Positions 30,491 through 39,784 of a stretch of 64,000 bases of DNA are shown piece after piece. The position numbers and the translations under genes are program-made. Under the pieces are notes generated by a model. The model was not told the origin of the DNA, ran no database searches, and was given only the letters and a program-made list of their open reading frames with translations. The DNA comes from Bacteroidota bacterium (GTDB taxonomy: Bacteria; Bacteroidota; Bacteroidia; 2-12-FULL-35-15), in assembly GCA_947469885.1 (NCBI GenBank), contig CANIQT010000013.1:13604-77603 (forward strand). The letters run 5' to 3'. The first letter of the stretch is position 1; each line of letters opens with the position of its first letter.

Positions 30491-31126
30491 TTACTCAATA
30501 GGAATATTTAATTCCTTAAACTTTTCAACGATTTGATTGAACTCCACATTTGGTTCTTTGCGTTTCCAAACCGAGGTATAAAATGCCAATCCATGAAACC
30601 CAATTTTCTCCGCCTTTTCAATCGAAGATGCATCCACCCCTCCCCTAGCAATTACTTTAAAATCACTTTTTCGAATGGCAGATGCTAAACTGTGCTCTGT
30701 AAATCCGCTTTGAAATTTACTACTCAAACTATCGAAAACAGGGCTTAAAAAAACATAGTTATAACTATATTGACTATTTTTTTCTAGCAATTGCCCAATG
30801 TTGTTAAACGAAGTGGTAATTTCAATTTCGGGATTTACAAAACGAATAATTTTAATCGTAATCCAAGTTTTTAATGCATTTTTTTTGTGCGATTTGGTAA
30901 GATGAATTCCTTTCAATTTAAATTTGCGAGCAAGGTTGTGATGGGAGTGGATAACAATTCGGTTATGAAAATGCTCAGGAATGCTCTTGATAAACTGTTT
31001 CATCGTGTAAGTTGAATATTTATGCTTTCGGAGATGAAACGTTTCGAGCCCCGATTCGAAAAGACGGGTCACCATTTCTGTTTCGTTTTCAATATTTTTG
31101 GAATTGGAAATAACAATTACTTTCAT
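30491..31126 (-). CDS. thiamine phosphate synthase (ThiE/TenI) family TIM-barrel protein
   Basis: VFLSPVFDSLSSKF and ARGGVDASSIEKAEKIGFHGLAF resemble the ThiE phosphate-binding C-terminal strands. Confidence 0.5.
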   Translation of the reverse strand: MKVIVISNSKNIENETEMVTRLFESGLETFHLRKHKYSTYTMKQFIKSIPEHFHNRIVIHSHHNLARKFKLKGIHLTKSHKKNALKTWITIKIIRFVNPEIEITTSFNNIGQLLEKNSQYSYNYVFLSPVFDSLSSKFQSGFTEHSLASAIRKSDFKVIARGGVDASSIEKAEKIGFHGLAFYTSVWKRKEPNVEFNQIVEKFKELNIPIE

Positions 31127-31137
31127 TGTTTATTGTT

Positions 31138-31878
31138 TTATAATTTATGAATTGCTGAAGAAATATTTTTTATTAATGAAGCATCTTTTTCAATTGCGTT
31201 GCCTACTACTATTATATCTGCACCTGCTTTGCAAGCAGCCACTGCTTTTTCGGAGCTATTAATTCCTCCACCCACTATCACCGGAATATCAACAGCCGAA
31301 GCTACTTTTTTAATCATTGTATCGGTTACGTTTTTTTGTGCCCCACTTCCTGCATCCAGGTAAATTAATTTCAGCCCCAGCATTTCGCCTGCCATAGCAG
31401 TACACATGGCTATATCATCTTTATCAGTTGGTATTGGCAAGGTATTACTCATATACGATGCAGCCGTTTGCCGTCCGCTTTCTATCAACATATACCCCGA
31501 AGGAATAACTTCTAATCGAGAAGATTTTAATAAAGGAGCAGCTATAACATGGTCGCCAATTAATAAATCGGCATTGCGACCAGAAATAAGAGACAGTAAA
31601 AAAATAGCATCAGCACTCTTGCTTATCTGTAAATTATTGCCGGGAAAAATGATAACAGGAATAGTGGTCATTTCTTTTATCTTAACAATGCAATCCTCGA
31701 AACTTCCATTAGTTATAAGGCTTCCGCCAACCATAATAAAATCAACCCCAGCCGCTTCGGCAAGTTTTATTATTTTTGTTGATTCAAATTTATCAGGGTC
31801 AATTAATAATGCAAATTGTTTCTTTCCTTGTTTCTTGCTTTTTAAAATTAAAGAATATATCGATTTCGGTATCATCAA
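31138..31878 (-). CDS. geranylgeranylglyceryl / heptaprenylglyceryl phosphate synthase family (PcrB/GGGPS) protein
   Basis: It is collinear with B. subtilis PcrB blocks: FALLIDPDK, FIMVGGS, PVIIFPGN, YLDAGSGA, VIVGGGI and IIVVGNAIEKD. Confidence 0.75.
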   Translation of the reverse strand: MMIPKSIYSLILKSKKQGKKQFALLIDPDKFESTKIIKLAEAAGVDFIMVGGSLITNGSFEDCIVKIKEMTTIPVIIFPGNNLQISKSADAIFLLSLISGRNADLLIGDHVIAAPLLKSSRLEVIPSGYMLIESGRQTAASYMSNTLPIPTDKDDIAMCTAMAGEMLGLKLIYLDAGSGAQKNVTDTMIKKVASAVDIPVIVGGGINSSEKAVAACKAGADIIVVGNAIEKDASLIKNISSAIHKL

Positions 31879-32023
31879 ATTTTATATATTTACACCGCAA
31901 TATTAATTAAATGATTCAAGCAGAAAAGAAATTTGTAATAAAAAAGTAATATTTAATTTATTAAAAAATATTTTCGGTTCAAAAATTTTTAGATATTTAC
32001 ACAAAATTTAAAGAAATAAAAAT

Positions 32024-33067
32024 ATGAAGTCAATTAACCTAAACATCAAATTATCTATTTTAATTTTATTCGGATTGTTATGCCAATCTACTGTAAAATC
32101 ACAAGAGTCTCTTTACCCTTTTTCTGATAAAGGAAAATACGGCTACATCAATAAAACCGGAAAGGTGGTTATTCCTGCTACATACGAGTTTGGCGAAAAA
32201 TTTTATGAGGGAATGGCAATAGTAAAAACCGGTGGGAAAAGAGGTTTCATTGATGGAACGGGAAAGTTAGTTATACCTGCACAATACGATTCAAAAGTAG
32301 ATAGTTATTTTTCTGATGGATTGGCTTGTGTTAAACAAGGTGGAAAATTTACCTACATTGATAAAACTGGTAAAGTAATTATAGAACCTAAATGCGATTT
32401 CGCCTACAAATTTTCTGAGGGCATTGCTCGCATTCAAATTGACAATAAATTTTCATTTATCGATAAAACCGGAAATCAAGTTATTAAACCTTTGTACGAA
32501 GGCGGGTTTGATTTTAAAGAAGGATTGGCTCGTGTAAAACTAAATGGCAAATGGGGCTTTGTTGACAAAACGGGGAAAGTTGTAGTTGATTTTAAATATG
32601 ACGAAACATTTGAATTTTCGGAAGGGTTGACCAATGTAAGAATTGGAGATGAAAAAACAGGTAAATGGTCGTACATTGACAAAACTGGTAAAACGGTTAT
32701 CCCAGGACCTTTTGACAGAGCTTATACATTTTCCGATGGAATGGCTTGTGTTCGTGTGGGAGATTATAAAACAGGAAAGTTTGGTTATATTGATAAAACA
32801 GGTAAAATGGTGATAGCTGCTAATTATACCGGTTCCGATTCTTTTTATGATGGCATGGCTTGTATCACTTCTTCTCCTTTATCAGGAGGAACATTAAAAG
32901 ATGCAAAATGGCAGTACATTGACAAAACTGGTAAAATTGTTGTTTCGCGCGGGTCGGATTTTGTTGCTCATTTTGAAAAAGGATTGGCGTATGTTAGCTA
33001 CGATGGTCAGTTAAATTACATTGATAAAACAGGCAAAGCAGTTTGGACTGCCGGAGATAAAAAATAG
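32024..33067 (+). CDS. WG-repeat (KWG) containing secreted protein
   Basis: Signal peptide, then about 12 tandem ~27-aa repeats of the form KWG(Y/F)IDKTGKVVI. Confidence 0.7.
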   Translation: MKSINLNIKLSILILFGLLCQSTVKSQESLYPFSDKGKYGYINKTGKVVIPATYEFGEKFYEGMAIVKTGGKRGFIDGTGKLVIPAQYDSKVDSYFSDGLACVKQGGKFTYIDKTGKVIIEPKCDFAYKFSEGIARIQIDNKFSFIDKTGNQVIKPLYEGGFDFKEGLARVKLNGKWGFVDKTGKVVVDFKYDETFEFSEGLTNVRIGDEKTGKWSYIDKTGKTVIPGPFDRAYTFSDGMACVRVGDYKTGKFGYIDKTGKMVIAANYTGSDSFYDGMACITSSPLSGGTLKDAKWQYIDKTGKIVVSRGSDFVAHFEKGLAYVSYDGQLNYIDKTGKAVWTAGDKK

Positions 33068-33088
33068 ATAACGATACTATATATTCAT

Positions 33089-33143
33089 AGTGCGAAATTT
33101 TTTTGTTATGGAAATAACAAGTAATTTCGCACTTTCTTTTTTA
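33089..33143 (+). terminator. rho-independent terminator with nested stem-loop
   Basis: A 10-bp outer stem agtgcgaaat/atttcgcact encloses an inner 7-bp hairpin ttgttat-ggaa-ataacaa. It is followed by ttctttttt. Confidence 0.55.
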
Positions 33144-33168
33144 ATACTAATCAATAATCAATAAAAAA

Positions 33169-34488
33169 ATGTCAAATACATCAGTGGAAAAATTTGTGAA
33201 ATACAAAGTAAAAGATATGTCCTTAGCAGAATGGGGACGTAAAGAAATTAAATTAGCAGAGGCAGAAATGCCGGGCTTAATGTCGTTGCGTGCCGAGTTT
33301 GGTGCTTCCAAACCCTTAAAAAATGCACGTGTTGCAGGTTGTTTGCACATGACTATTCAAACAGCAGTATTAATAGAAACCCTTGTGGAACTGGGTGCAG
33401 AAGTTACTTGGAGTTCGTGTAACATTTTCTCGACACAAGACCATGCTGCCGCTGCAATTGCCGCTGCCGGTATACAGGTATATGCTTGGAAAGGAATGAA
33501 CGAGCAGGAATTTGACTGGTGCATTGAACAAACATTGTTTTTTGGTGAAGACCGCAAACCATTAAACATGATTTTGGATGATGGTGGAGATTTAACCAAC
33601 ATGGTGTTCGACCGTTTTCCTGAGTTGATAAAAGAAATTAAAGGTCTGTCGGAAGAAACAACAACTGGGGTTCACCGTTTGCACGAGCGCATGAAAAACG
33701 GAACTTTACATGTTCCTGCTATCAACGTAAACGACTCTGTTACCAAATCAAAATTTGATAACAAATACGGTTGTCGCGAATCGTTGGTGGATGCTATCCG
33801 CAGAGCTACCGATTTAATGCTTGCTGGAAAGGTGGCTGTGGTGGCTGGATACGGTGATGTTGGAAAAGGTTCGGCTGAATCTTTATCTTCTCAAGGAGTA
33901 AGAGTAATTGTTACCGAGATTGACCCTATTTGTGCATTGCAAGCTGCAATGGACGGTTATCAAGTAATGAAAATGGATAACGCCATTAAAGAGTCTGATA
34001 TTATTGTTACTGCAACAGGAAACAAAAATATAATCTCTGAGCGTCATTTCCGTGCCATGAAACACAATGCTATTGTATGTAACATTGGTCACTTTGATAA
34101 CGAAATTGATATGGCTTGGTTGAACAAAAACTATGGCACTACCAAAGATGTAATTAAACCACAAGTGGATAAATACACCATTGATAAAAAAGATATTATT
34201 GTTTTAGCTGAAGGTCGTTTGGTAAATTTAGGTTGCGGTACAGGACATCCGTCTTTTGTAATGAGCAACTCGTTTACCAATCAAACATTGGCGCAATTGG
34301 AGCTTTGGAGCAATGCAGCCAATTACGAAAACAAAGTTTATACCTTACCAAAACACTTGGACGAAAAAGTAGCACGTTTGCACCTTGCAAAAATTAATTG
34401 TGAGTTGGATATTTTAACTTCTGAACAAGCTGCTTATATTGGTGTAACCGTTGAAGGTCCGTTTAAAAAAGACGATTACAGATATTAA
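33169..34488 (+). CDS. ahcY: adenosylhomocysteinase
   Basis: The N-terminal [23 protein letters not shown], an NAD-binding GYGDVGKG and conserved SAHH blocks are present. The product is 439 aa. Confidence 0.9.
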   Translation: MSNTSVEKFVKYKVKDMSLAEWGRKEIKLAEAEMPGLMSLRAEFGASKPLKNARVAGCLHMTIQTAVLIETLVELGAEVTWSSCNIFSTQDHAAAAIAAAGIQVYAWKGMNEQEFDWCIEQTLFFGEDRKPLNMILDDGGDLTNMVFDRFPELIKEIKGLSEETTTGVHRLHERMKNGTLHVPAINVNDSVTKSKFDNKYGCRESLVDAIRRATDLMLAGKVAVVAGYGDVGKGSAESLSSQGVRVIVTEIDPICALQAAMDGYQVMKMDNAIKESDIIVTATGNKNIISERHFRAMKHNAIVCNIGHFDNEIDMAWLNKNYGTTKDVIKPQVDKYTIDKKDIIVLAEGRLVNLGCGTGHPSFVMSNSFTNQTLAQLELWSNAANYENKVYTLPKHLDEKVARLHLAKINCELDILTSEQAAYIGVTVEGPFKKDDYRY

Positions 34489-34531
34489 TCCGATTTCAGA
34501 TTTCAAATTTCAGATTTGAATATTAAAAAAA

Positions 34532-34566
34532 CTCCCCCGATAAACATATCGGGGGAGTTTTTTTTG
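34532..34566 (+). terminator. rho-independent terminator
   Basis: ctcccccga-taaacata-tcgggggag followed by T8. Confidence 0.7.
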
Positions 34567-34641
34567 TGTAGCAAGACTTACTTAATTATTTTACATAGTT
34601 AACCTGCTAATAAATAAAATTCTATCTTTGAAAAAACTTAA

Positions 34642-36708
34642 ATGAAGAAACTCTTTCCCCTAGTTATTGTTATTAATCTTTTACTGTGTCCGGCTTTTGC
34701 TCAAAACAAAGTCATTGATTCTCTTCAAGCAGAATTAACAAAAACAACGGATGATACCACCCGCCTTAAAATATATTTGGCACTTGGCCAGGTATGCAAT
34801 GTAAAAGATAATTTGAAATATGCTCAACCTGCACTGAAGCTTGCAGATAAACTTATTGCTCATACATTTCAGAATAATAAGAAAAATGAATTTTTAAATC
34901 AGAAGGCGGAAGTTTGTATTTTCTTTTCCAATTACTATTTTTATATTAATGATACCGCCAAAATAGCAGAATGGCAGCAAAAACTTATATCTATTTATAA
35001 AGAAACAAAAGATACAAATAGTATTGTGGATACATATTTGGGGTACAGTAGTTATTTTAAGAGTATAGGCAACTTTCCAAAATCATTAGACTGGAGCAAA
35101 AAAGGATTATCCGTATCCACAGAAATGAATTACAAAAAAGGCATTTCAAGGGCGTTATGTTATATCGGAGATATCTATCGCGACCAGGGCGAAAAAGGTC
35201 AGGCACTTCAAAACTATACCAAGGCGTTAAACCTGTTGTACGAGCTTAACGACACCACTTTACTGGTGGATGCATTGTTGGCAACAGGAGGACTTTTCCG
35301 CACTCCTCAATATTATAATCGGGCCCTTGCTTTGTGCGAAGCAAAAAAAATGAATGATAAAGTAAGTTATATCTATCGATTTTTAGGGCAGATATATCGA
35401 GAACATAAAATTTACGATACTTCATTAATAAATTATCAAAAAAGTGCATCACTCTTTGAAGCGATGAAGAATAAAGAAATGGTGAAAGATATTTTGGATG
35501 ATATAGGGTTGGTGTATGAGGAAAAAGGAGATTTGGAAAAAGCACTTGACTATCATTTAAAGGCATTAAAATCAGCCAAAGAACTTAACTATGAATATGG
35601 AATTGCCTCGTCTTATCTTTGTTTGGCTCGTACATACAACAAACAAAAAAATTACAAGCTCGCTAAAGACTATAGCGACCGTGCGCTGAAAATGAAAAAC
35701 CAGTTTAATATTGAAACTAACCGCAATGCCGAACTAACTGCTTCACAAATAGATTCGGCAGGTGGAAATAAAAACGAAGCTTTTGAGCACTATAAGCAAT
35801 ACATCTTGCTTCGCGATAAAATGCAAAGTGAAGAAATACACAAAGCAGCAGCTCAAGAGAAATTTCAAAACGAATTTGATAAACAACAGACAATTGCTAA
35901 ATCGGAACAAGAAAAAATAAAAGCAGTGGCAAATGCAGAAAGTAAAAAGCAAAAACTTATACTTCTTTTTGTGGTGCTTGGTTTGATGTTGGTATTGGTG
36001 TTTGCAGGCTTTGTGTTTCGTTCGTTACAGATAAGAAATAAACAGAATAAAATTATCACTTCGCAAAAAGCAGAAGTAGAAAAAGAAAAACAAAGAAGTG
36101 ATGAACTATTGCTTAACATTTTGCCCGAAGAAGTAGCCGAAGAGTTGAAACAAAAAGGAAGCGCAGAAGCAAAACAGTTTGATAATGTTACTGTTCTGTT
36201 TACCGATTTTGTTGGCTTTACCTTGATAAGCGAAAAACTAACACCAAAAGAATTGGTTGCCGAAATACATTATTATTTTACCGAATTTGATAAAATAACA
36301 GAGCGGAACGGGTTGGAAAAAATTAAAACCGTTGGCGATGCTTACCTTGCCATTTGTGGTTTACCTAATGAAGATAAATATCATGCAAAAAAAACGGTTC
36401 AAGCAGCGCTGGAAATAATTGAGTTTATTAATAGGCGGGCAGCAGAAGGAGGAAAGTTTAATATTCGCATAGGTATTAATTCAGGCTCGGTGGTAGCAGG
36501 TATAGTTGGTGTTAAAAAGTTTGCGTATGATATTTGGGGAGATACGGTAAACACAGCTGCAAGAATGGAACAAAACAGCCAAAACGGTAAAATAAATATT
36601 TCAGAATCTACTTATCAGTTAGTAAAAAACGACTTTAAATGTGTACACAGGGGAAAAATAGAAGCAAAAAACAAAGGCGAAATTGATATGTATTTTGTGG
36701 AAAAATAA
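34642..36708 (+). CDS. TPR-repeat sensor adenylate/guanylate cyclase (class III), membrane-anchored
   Basis: Signal peptide, then multiple TPR-like repeats, a TM helix LILLFVVLGLMLVLVFAGFVF, and a cyclase domain with VLFTDFVGFT and KTVGDAY motifs. Confidence 0.8.
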   Translation: MKKLFPLVIVINLLLCPAFAQNKVIDSLQAELTKTTDDTTRLKIYLALGQVCNVKDNLKYAQPALKLADKLIAHTFQNNKKNEFLNQKAEVCIFFSNYYFYINDTAKIAEWQQKLISIYKETKDTNSIVDTYLGYSSYFKSIGNFPKSLDWSKKGLSVSTEMNYKKGISRALCYIGDIYRDQGEKGQALQNYTKALNLLYELNDTTLLVDALLATGGLFRTPQYYNRALALCEAKKMNDKVSYIYRFLGQIYREHKIYDTSLINYQKSASLFEAMKNKEMVKDILDDIGLVYEEKGDLEKALDYHLKALKSAKELNYEYGIASSYLCLARTYNKQKNYKLAKDYSDRALKMKNQFNIETNRNAELTASQIDSAGGNKNEAFEHYKQYILLRDKMQSEEIHKAAAQEKFQNEFDKQQTIAKSEQEKIKAVANAESKKQKLILLFVVLGLMLVLVFAGFVFRSLQIRNKQNKIITSQKAEVEKEKQRSDELLLNILPEEVAEELKQKGSAEAKQFDNVTVLFTDFVGFTLISEKLTPKELVAEIHYYFTEFDKITERNGLEKIKTVGDAYLAICGLPNEDKYHAKKTVQAALEIIEFINRRAAEGGKFNIRIGINSGSVVAGIVGVKKFAYDIWGDTVNTAARMEQNSQNGKINISESTYQLVKNDFKCVHRGKIEAKNKGEIDMYFVEK

Positions 36709-36835
36709 TACCCAAATAAAAAAAGCAATGTAGGCATTGCCAAGCCCCCCGCCCTGTTGACCATAGCCTCTGACTAAATTCGATTTAACAAGACTTCCAG
36801 TCTTTTTAGCCTTTGTTGGTGTTTTTCACCAACAA

Positions 36836-37053
36836 ACGTGTGAAGAAAAAAATCGGGATATTTAATTTCGTACGTTTGCAGGTGAAAAACACCTGCAAAG
36901 GCATCGTTTTCGTTAATAATTAAGAACACCAACAACGGCTAAAAACGTGTGAAGAAAAAAATCGGGATATTTAATTTCGTACGTTTGCAGGTGAAAAACA
37001 CCTGCAAAGGCATCGTTTTCGTTAATATTTAAGAACACCAACAATGGCTAAAA
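36836..37053. repeat. two tandem copies of a 109-bp unit (98 percent identical), each containing a 10-bp-stem hairpin TTTGCAGGTG-aaaaa-CACCTGCAAA; flanked upstream by an inverted partial copy (ttttagcctttgttggtgtt, 36816-36835)
   Basis: Direct comparison of 36836-36944 with 36945-37053 shows 2 mismatches. The inverted repeat between 36816-36835 and the unit ends aacaccaacaa(c/t)ggctaaaa is visible in sequence. Confidence 0.85.
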
Positions 37054-37405
37054 GGCTTTCAGTATTTTTATTTATATGGTTATCTACACCTTTCTTCAAA
37101 TTCATAAAACAAAGATAAGTATAATTGCTACAGAGCAAAAGTTAAAGGCACAAAAATAAATTAGGGCTTTAATAATTTATACTTCTGTTTGGCATACCTT
37201 CTGATGTAGGCTCAACTATATTTTCAAAATCCTTGTATCTTTTTTAACTTTTTGCGTTATTACTATAAAAACAAAAAATATTTACGGAAAAATGTAACCT
37301 TTTATTTTATCTTTCGTAAAACTAGATATAACCACAAAACAATAAGCGCATGAAACACCCCTACCAACAGTAAACATCAAAAAATCAGTGCGCTTAAAAT
37401 TTTTT

Positions 37406-37446
37406 AACCATTAACCATTATCACTTAACCATTATCCATTAATCAC
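37406..37446 (+). promoter_or_regulatory. cluster of reiterated AACCATTA(TC) motifs upstream of the sigma-factor gene (candidate operator/promoter element)
   Basis: The sequence aaccattaaccattatcacttaaccattatccattaatcac carries three or four copies of CCATTA within 40 bp, ending 16 bp before the TTG-initiated ORF. Confidence 0.25.
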
Positions 37447-37528
37447 GGCTATCGGTTCTTTCTTGTTTGCTGTCCATTCCGTCCACACGGGATTCGTAAA
37501 TTCGTATTTATTAGTTATCCGAACCAGA

Positions 37529-38119
37529 ATGACAAAAGAACAAAAAAGAGAGGCAGAGCAACTTAGAGATGCGCCCCTCATTCAGCAACACAGAGATGGC
37601 GATGCAAAAGCATTTGCCCAACTTGAAAAACTTTACAAAACTCCCCTTTATTGGTATAGCTATAAAAAGCTGGGCAATCGCCCGGATGCTGAAGATGCCG
37701 TGCAGGAAGTATTTATAAGAGCAGTGGAAGCTATCAACAATGGAAACTACAGGGAAGAAATGCATTTTGGCGGGTGGTTGCACACAACAGCCCGCAATTA
37801 TATAGAGCATATTCAGAAAAAGAAAAAGCCAACTATAAAAAATGTGGAAGAATTACCAGAGGTGATGATGGAAGAAACAGAAAGTAAAGAAGAAATTAAA
37901 GAAAAAAGAAAACGGGTACGCAGCCTGTTTAAAGGGTTATCGCTCAGTGAAGCTAAATTAATGTTGCTTCGTTACTGGCATAAACTAAAATGGAAAGAGA
38001 TTGCAAAACGACTTAAAATAACTGAAAAGTATGCATCAGGGCTACATTCAAAGATTATTAAGAAGTTTCAAAAAAAGGCGGGTGAAAATATTTTTTTGAA
38101 AAATGGTGGGATTTTTTGA
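37529..38119 (+). CDS. sigma-70 family (ECF-type) RNA polymerase sigma factor
   Basis: Region-2-like DAVQEVFIRAVEAINNG...GWLHTTARNYI and a region-4 HTH KWKEIAKRLKITEKYASGLHSKIIKKFQKK. The track ORF begins at a TTG (37463). The ATG at 37529 (MTKEQK) is the likelier start. Confidence 0.65.
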   Translation: MTKEQKREAEQLRDAPLIQQHRDGDAKAFAQLEKLYKTPLYWYSYKKLGNRPDAEDAVQEVFIRAVEAINNGNYREEMHFGGWLHTTARNYIEHIQKKKKPTIKNVEELPEVMMEETESKEEIKEKRKRVRSLFKGLSLSEAKLMLLRYWHKLKWKEIAKRLKITEKYASGLHSKIIKKFQKKAGENIFLKNGGIF

Positions 38120-38194
38120 GTTTTGTGTATTGTATATATAAAGGGTGTTATCGTTCTTTAAATAGTAAAATTGATTTCAAGTGAAATCTGTCGC

Positions 38195-38278
38195 GTTTCC
38201 GAAGGAATGCGACACGTTTCCGAAGGAATGCGACACGTTTTCGAAGGAATGAAACAAGTTTCCTTGGAAACAGAACAA
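38195..38278 (+). repeat. four tandem 21-bp iteron-like direct repeats (GTTTCCGAAGGAATGCGACAC x2 perfect, x2 degenerate)
   Basis: 38195-38215 and 38216-38236 are identical. 38237-38257 has 3 mismatches. 38258-38278 is degenerate and contains the palindrome gtttcc-tt-ggaaac. Confidence 0.85.
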
Positions 38279-38334
38279 ATTTTAGTAGAAACAAAATAGT
38301 AAATAAAATTATAATCAATTAAAACAAGAAAAAG

Positions 38335-38442
38335 ATGAACAGCGTATTATTTCAAAGTTTCGGGATTTTTAGTCTTTTATCCTTGCTGCAGTTATACAGC
38401 GTAAAGAAGCAAAAAAAAAGGAGGTGTAAAATGTCATGGTAA
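38335..38442 (+). CDS. possible 35-aa upstream ORF (MNSVLFQSFGIFSLLSLLQLYSVKKQKKRRCKMSW) overlapping the start of the downstream gene (ATGGTAA)
   Basis: It is in frame from the ATG at 38335 to the TAA at 38440-38442. A strong Shine-Dalgarno-like AAAGGAGGTG lies at 38417-38426, which is unusual for Bacteroidota. Confidence 0.25.
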   Translation: MNSVLFQSFGIFSLLSLLQLYSVKKQKKRRCKMSW

Positions 38443-39038
38443 TCGTAAAAAATGGTTTAAAGGGAAAAAATCCTTCACAACGGGCAACATACTGTTTGAG
38501 AGTGAAAACAAAAACCACGGGAAATGCGTTTTTTCCTGATGCGGGTCCGTTTTTGGCACCGCTGGGAGATGCAGCAGCAGCAGTGAACACTGCATTGCAA
38601 AACCCGTTGGGGACAGCCGCCACAGTGAGAGAAAAAAATGGCGTGCTTAGGGTAAAGATGAACAAGTTTGTTGCTCACGTGCAGGGTGTGATAGATGAGG
38701 TGTCGGACGACCTGGCTTTGGAAATGCTTTCTACAATTGATTTGGAAGCAAAGATAGAGACACCAGTGCATATTCCTGATTTGTCGGCTAAGCAAGGTAG
38801 AGAAGCAAATTCAATAGCGGTGCGAAGAATTGCTGAAAGAAAACGGGTGACATACAGATTTCAAATCTGTACCGACCCGTCTTTGGAAGAGAACTGGAAA
38901 GATGCTAAAACATCGAGCAGGGCTAAAGTCGTGATTCGGGAATTAATTTCAGGTACCAAGTATTATTTGCGTGTTGCAATTATACGGGGCGATGTTCAGG
39001 AAGATTGGTCAGATTACATTTCTATCATTGTTGATTAA
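38436..39038 (+). CDS. hypothetical protein with C-terminal Fn3-like fold (200 aa), GC-richer than surroundings
   Basis: Intact ORF. The C-terminal SGTKYYLRVAIIRGDVQEDWSDYISIIV is beta-sandwich-like. The antisense track ORF 38475..38795 is rejected. Confidence 0.5.
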   Translation: MVIVKNGLKGKNPSQRATYCLRVKTKTTGNAFFPDAGPFLAPLGDAAAAVNTALQNPLGTAATVREKNGVLRVKMNKFVAHVQGVIDEVSDDLALEMLSTIDLEAKIETPVHIPDLSAKQGREANSIAVRRIAERKRVTYRFQICTDPSLEENWKDAKTSSRAKVVIRELISGTKYYLRVAIIRGDVQEDWSDYISIIVD

Positions 39039-39062
39039 GAAATGTGTGTGGTCTAGATTGAA

Positions 39063-39146
39063 AAAACTCACTGAGTGATGTAAATGGATAAAAGTTGGTT
39101 ACACAGTAACCTTCTCCGCAAGCATCAAAGCAGTGAGTTTTTTATT
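39063..39146. terminator. long bidirectional-terminator-like structure: 11-bp outer stem aaaactcactg/cagtgagtttt enclosing an inner hairpin ggttac-acag-gtaacc, followed by a T-run
   Basis: The inverted repeats are read directly. The structure lies between convergent genes (38436..39038 plus strand, 39170..39595 minus strand). Confidence 0.45.
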
Positions 39147-39169
39147 TTAATACTTTCGAAATAAAAAAA

Positions 39170-39595
39170 TTAATTATAAATATGCAACGTGGTTCCGTCA
39201 AAGGTGGTGTTGTAGGTTTTAAGCGGCACAGAGGCAGGTCCGTTGGTTACGGTGCCATCATAAAGCGAAAATTTGGAATGACAACACGTGTCGGTAGCTA
39301 ATATATGAGTAGCATCCACCACCACTGTGGCGCAGGGTTGAGAAGGCTGGTAGGTACAGTTGCGCTCGTAAGCTATAATTTCGGAAGTAGTTTTGCGGTA
39401 CAATAATATTCCTCTCACTCCTCCTGTTATATAAGTATATCCTCCAATGGCATTCAAATCAATAAAACTAGGGCTGCTGGTGTATATATAAATATCTACA
39501 CTGGCTAAGGGCACATTGTTGTCTTGTTGTTTTTTGCAATTGAATGCAAACACAATAACCGAAACAAGAAGTAGTAGTTTAAAAACCGATTTCAT
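39170..39595 (-). CDS. small lipoprotein, hypothetical (Cys-rich)
   Basis: Signal peptide MKSVFKLLLLVSVIVFAFNC with a lipobox Cys. The 141-aa product has six further Cys (CTYQPSQPC, DTCCHSKF). Confidence 0.5.
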   Translation of the reverse strand: MKSVFKLLLLVSVIVFAFNCKKQQDNNVPLASVDIYIYTSSPSFIDLNAIGGYTYITGGVRGILLYRKTTSEIIAYERNCTYQPSQPCATVVVDATHILATDTCCHSKFSLYDGTVTNGPASVPLKTYNTTFDGTTLHIYN

Positions 39596-39784
39596 TTATT
39601 GGAAAATTATAAGCAACAAAATTAAGCAAATTTATTTAACCTGATAAATAAACGGTGTGGGCATTATATTATTACTTTTGTTGCTCATTAATAGATTGAT
39701 TCTACCATATTTCATGTGAAATAGAAAAAAATTAAACACATAGGTACATAACTCAACTTGCTAGTGGTGAAACTGTTTAAAAGT

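Noticed and set aside
33089-33143. Considered an SAH riboswitch upstream of ahcY
   Set aside because: The structure is a simple nested hairpin followed by a T-run with no conserved SAH-element features. It is best explained as the terminator of the upstream WG-repeat gene.
38195-38278. Considered whether the 21-bp direct repeats are a CRISPR array
   Set aside because: The repeats are directly abutting with no spacers, there are only four copies, two of them degenerate, and there are no cas genes nearby. They are iteron-like, not CRISPR.
38475-38795. 106-aa minus-strand ORF
   Set aside because: It is antisense to the 38436..39038 ORF, which has the better coding pattern and the SD-like start context.
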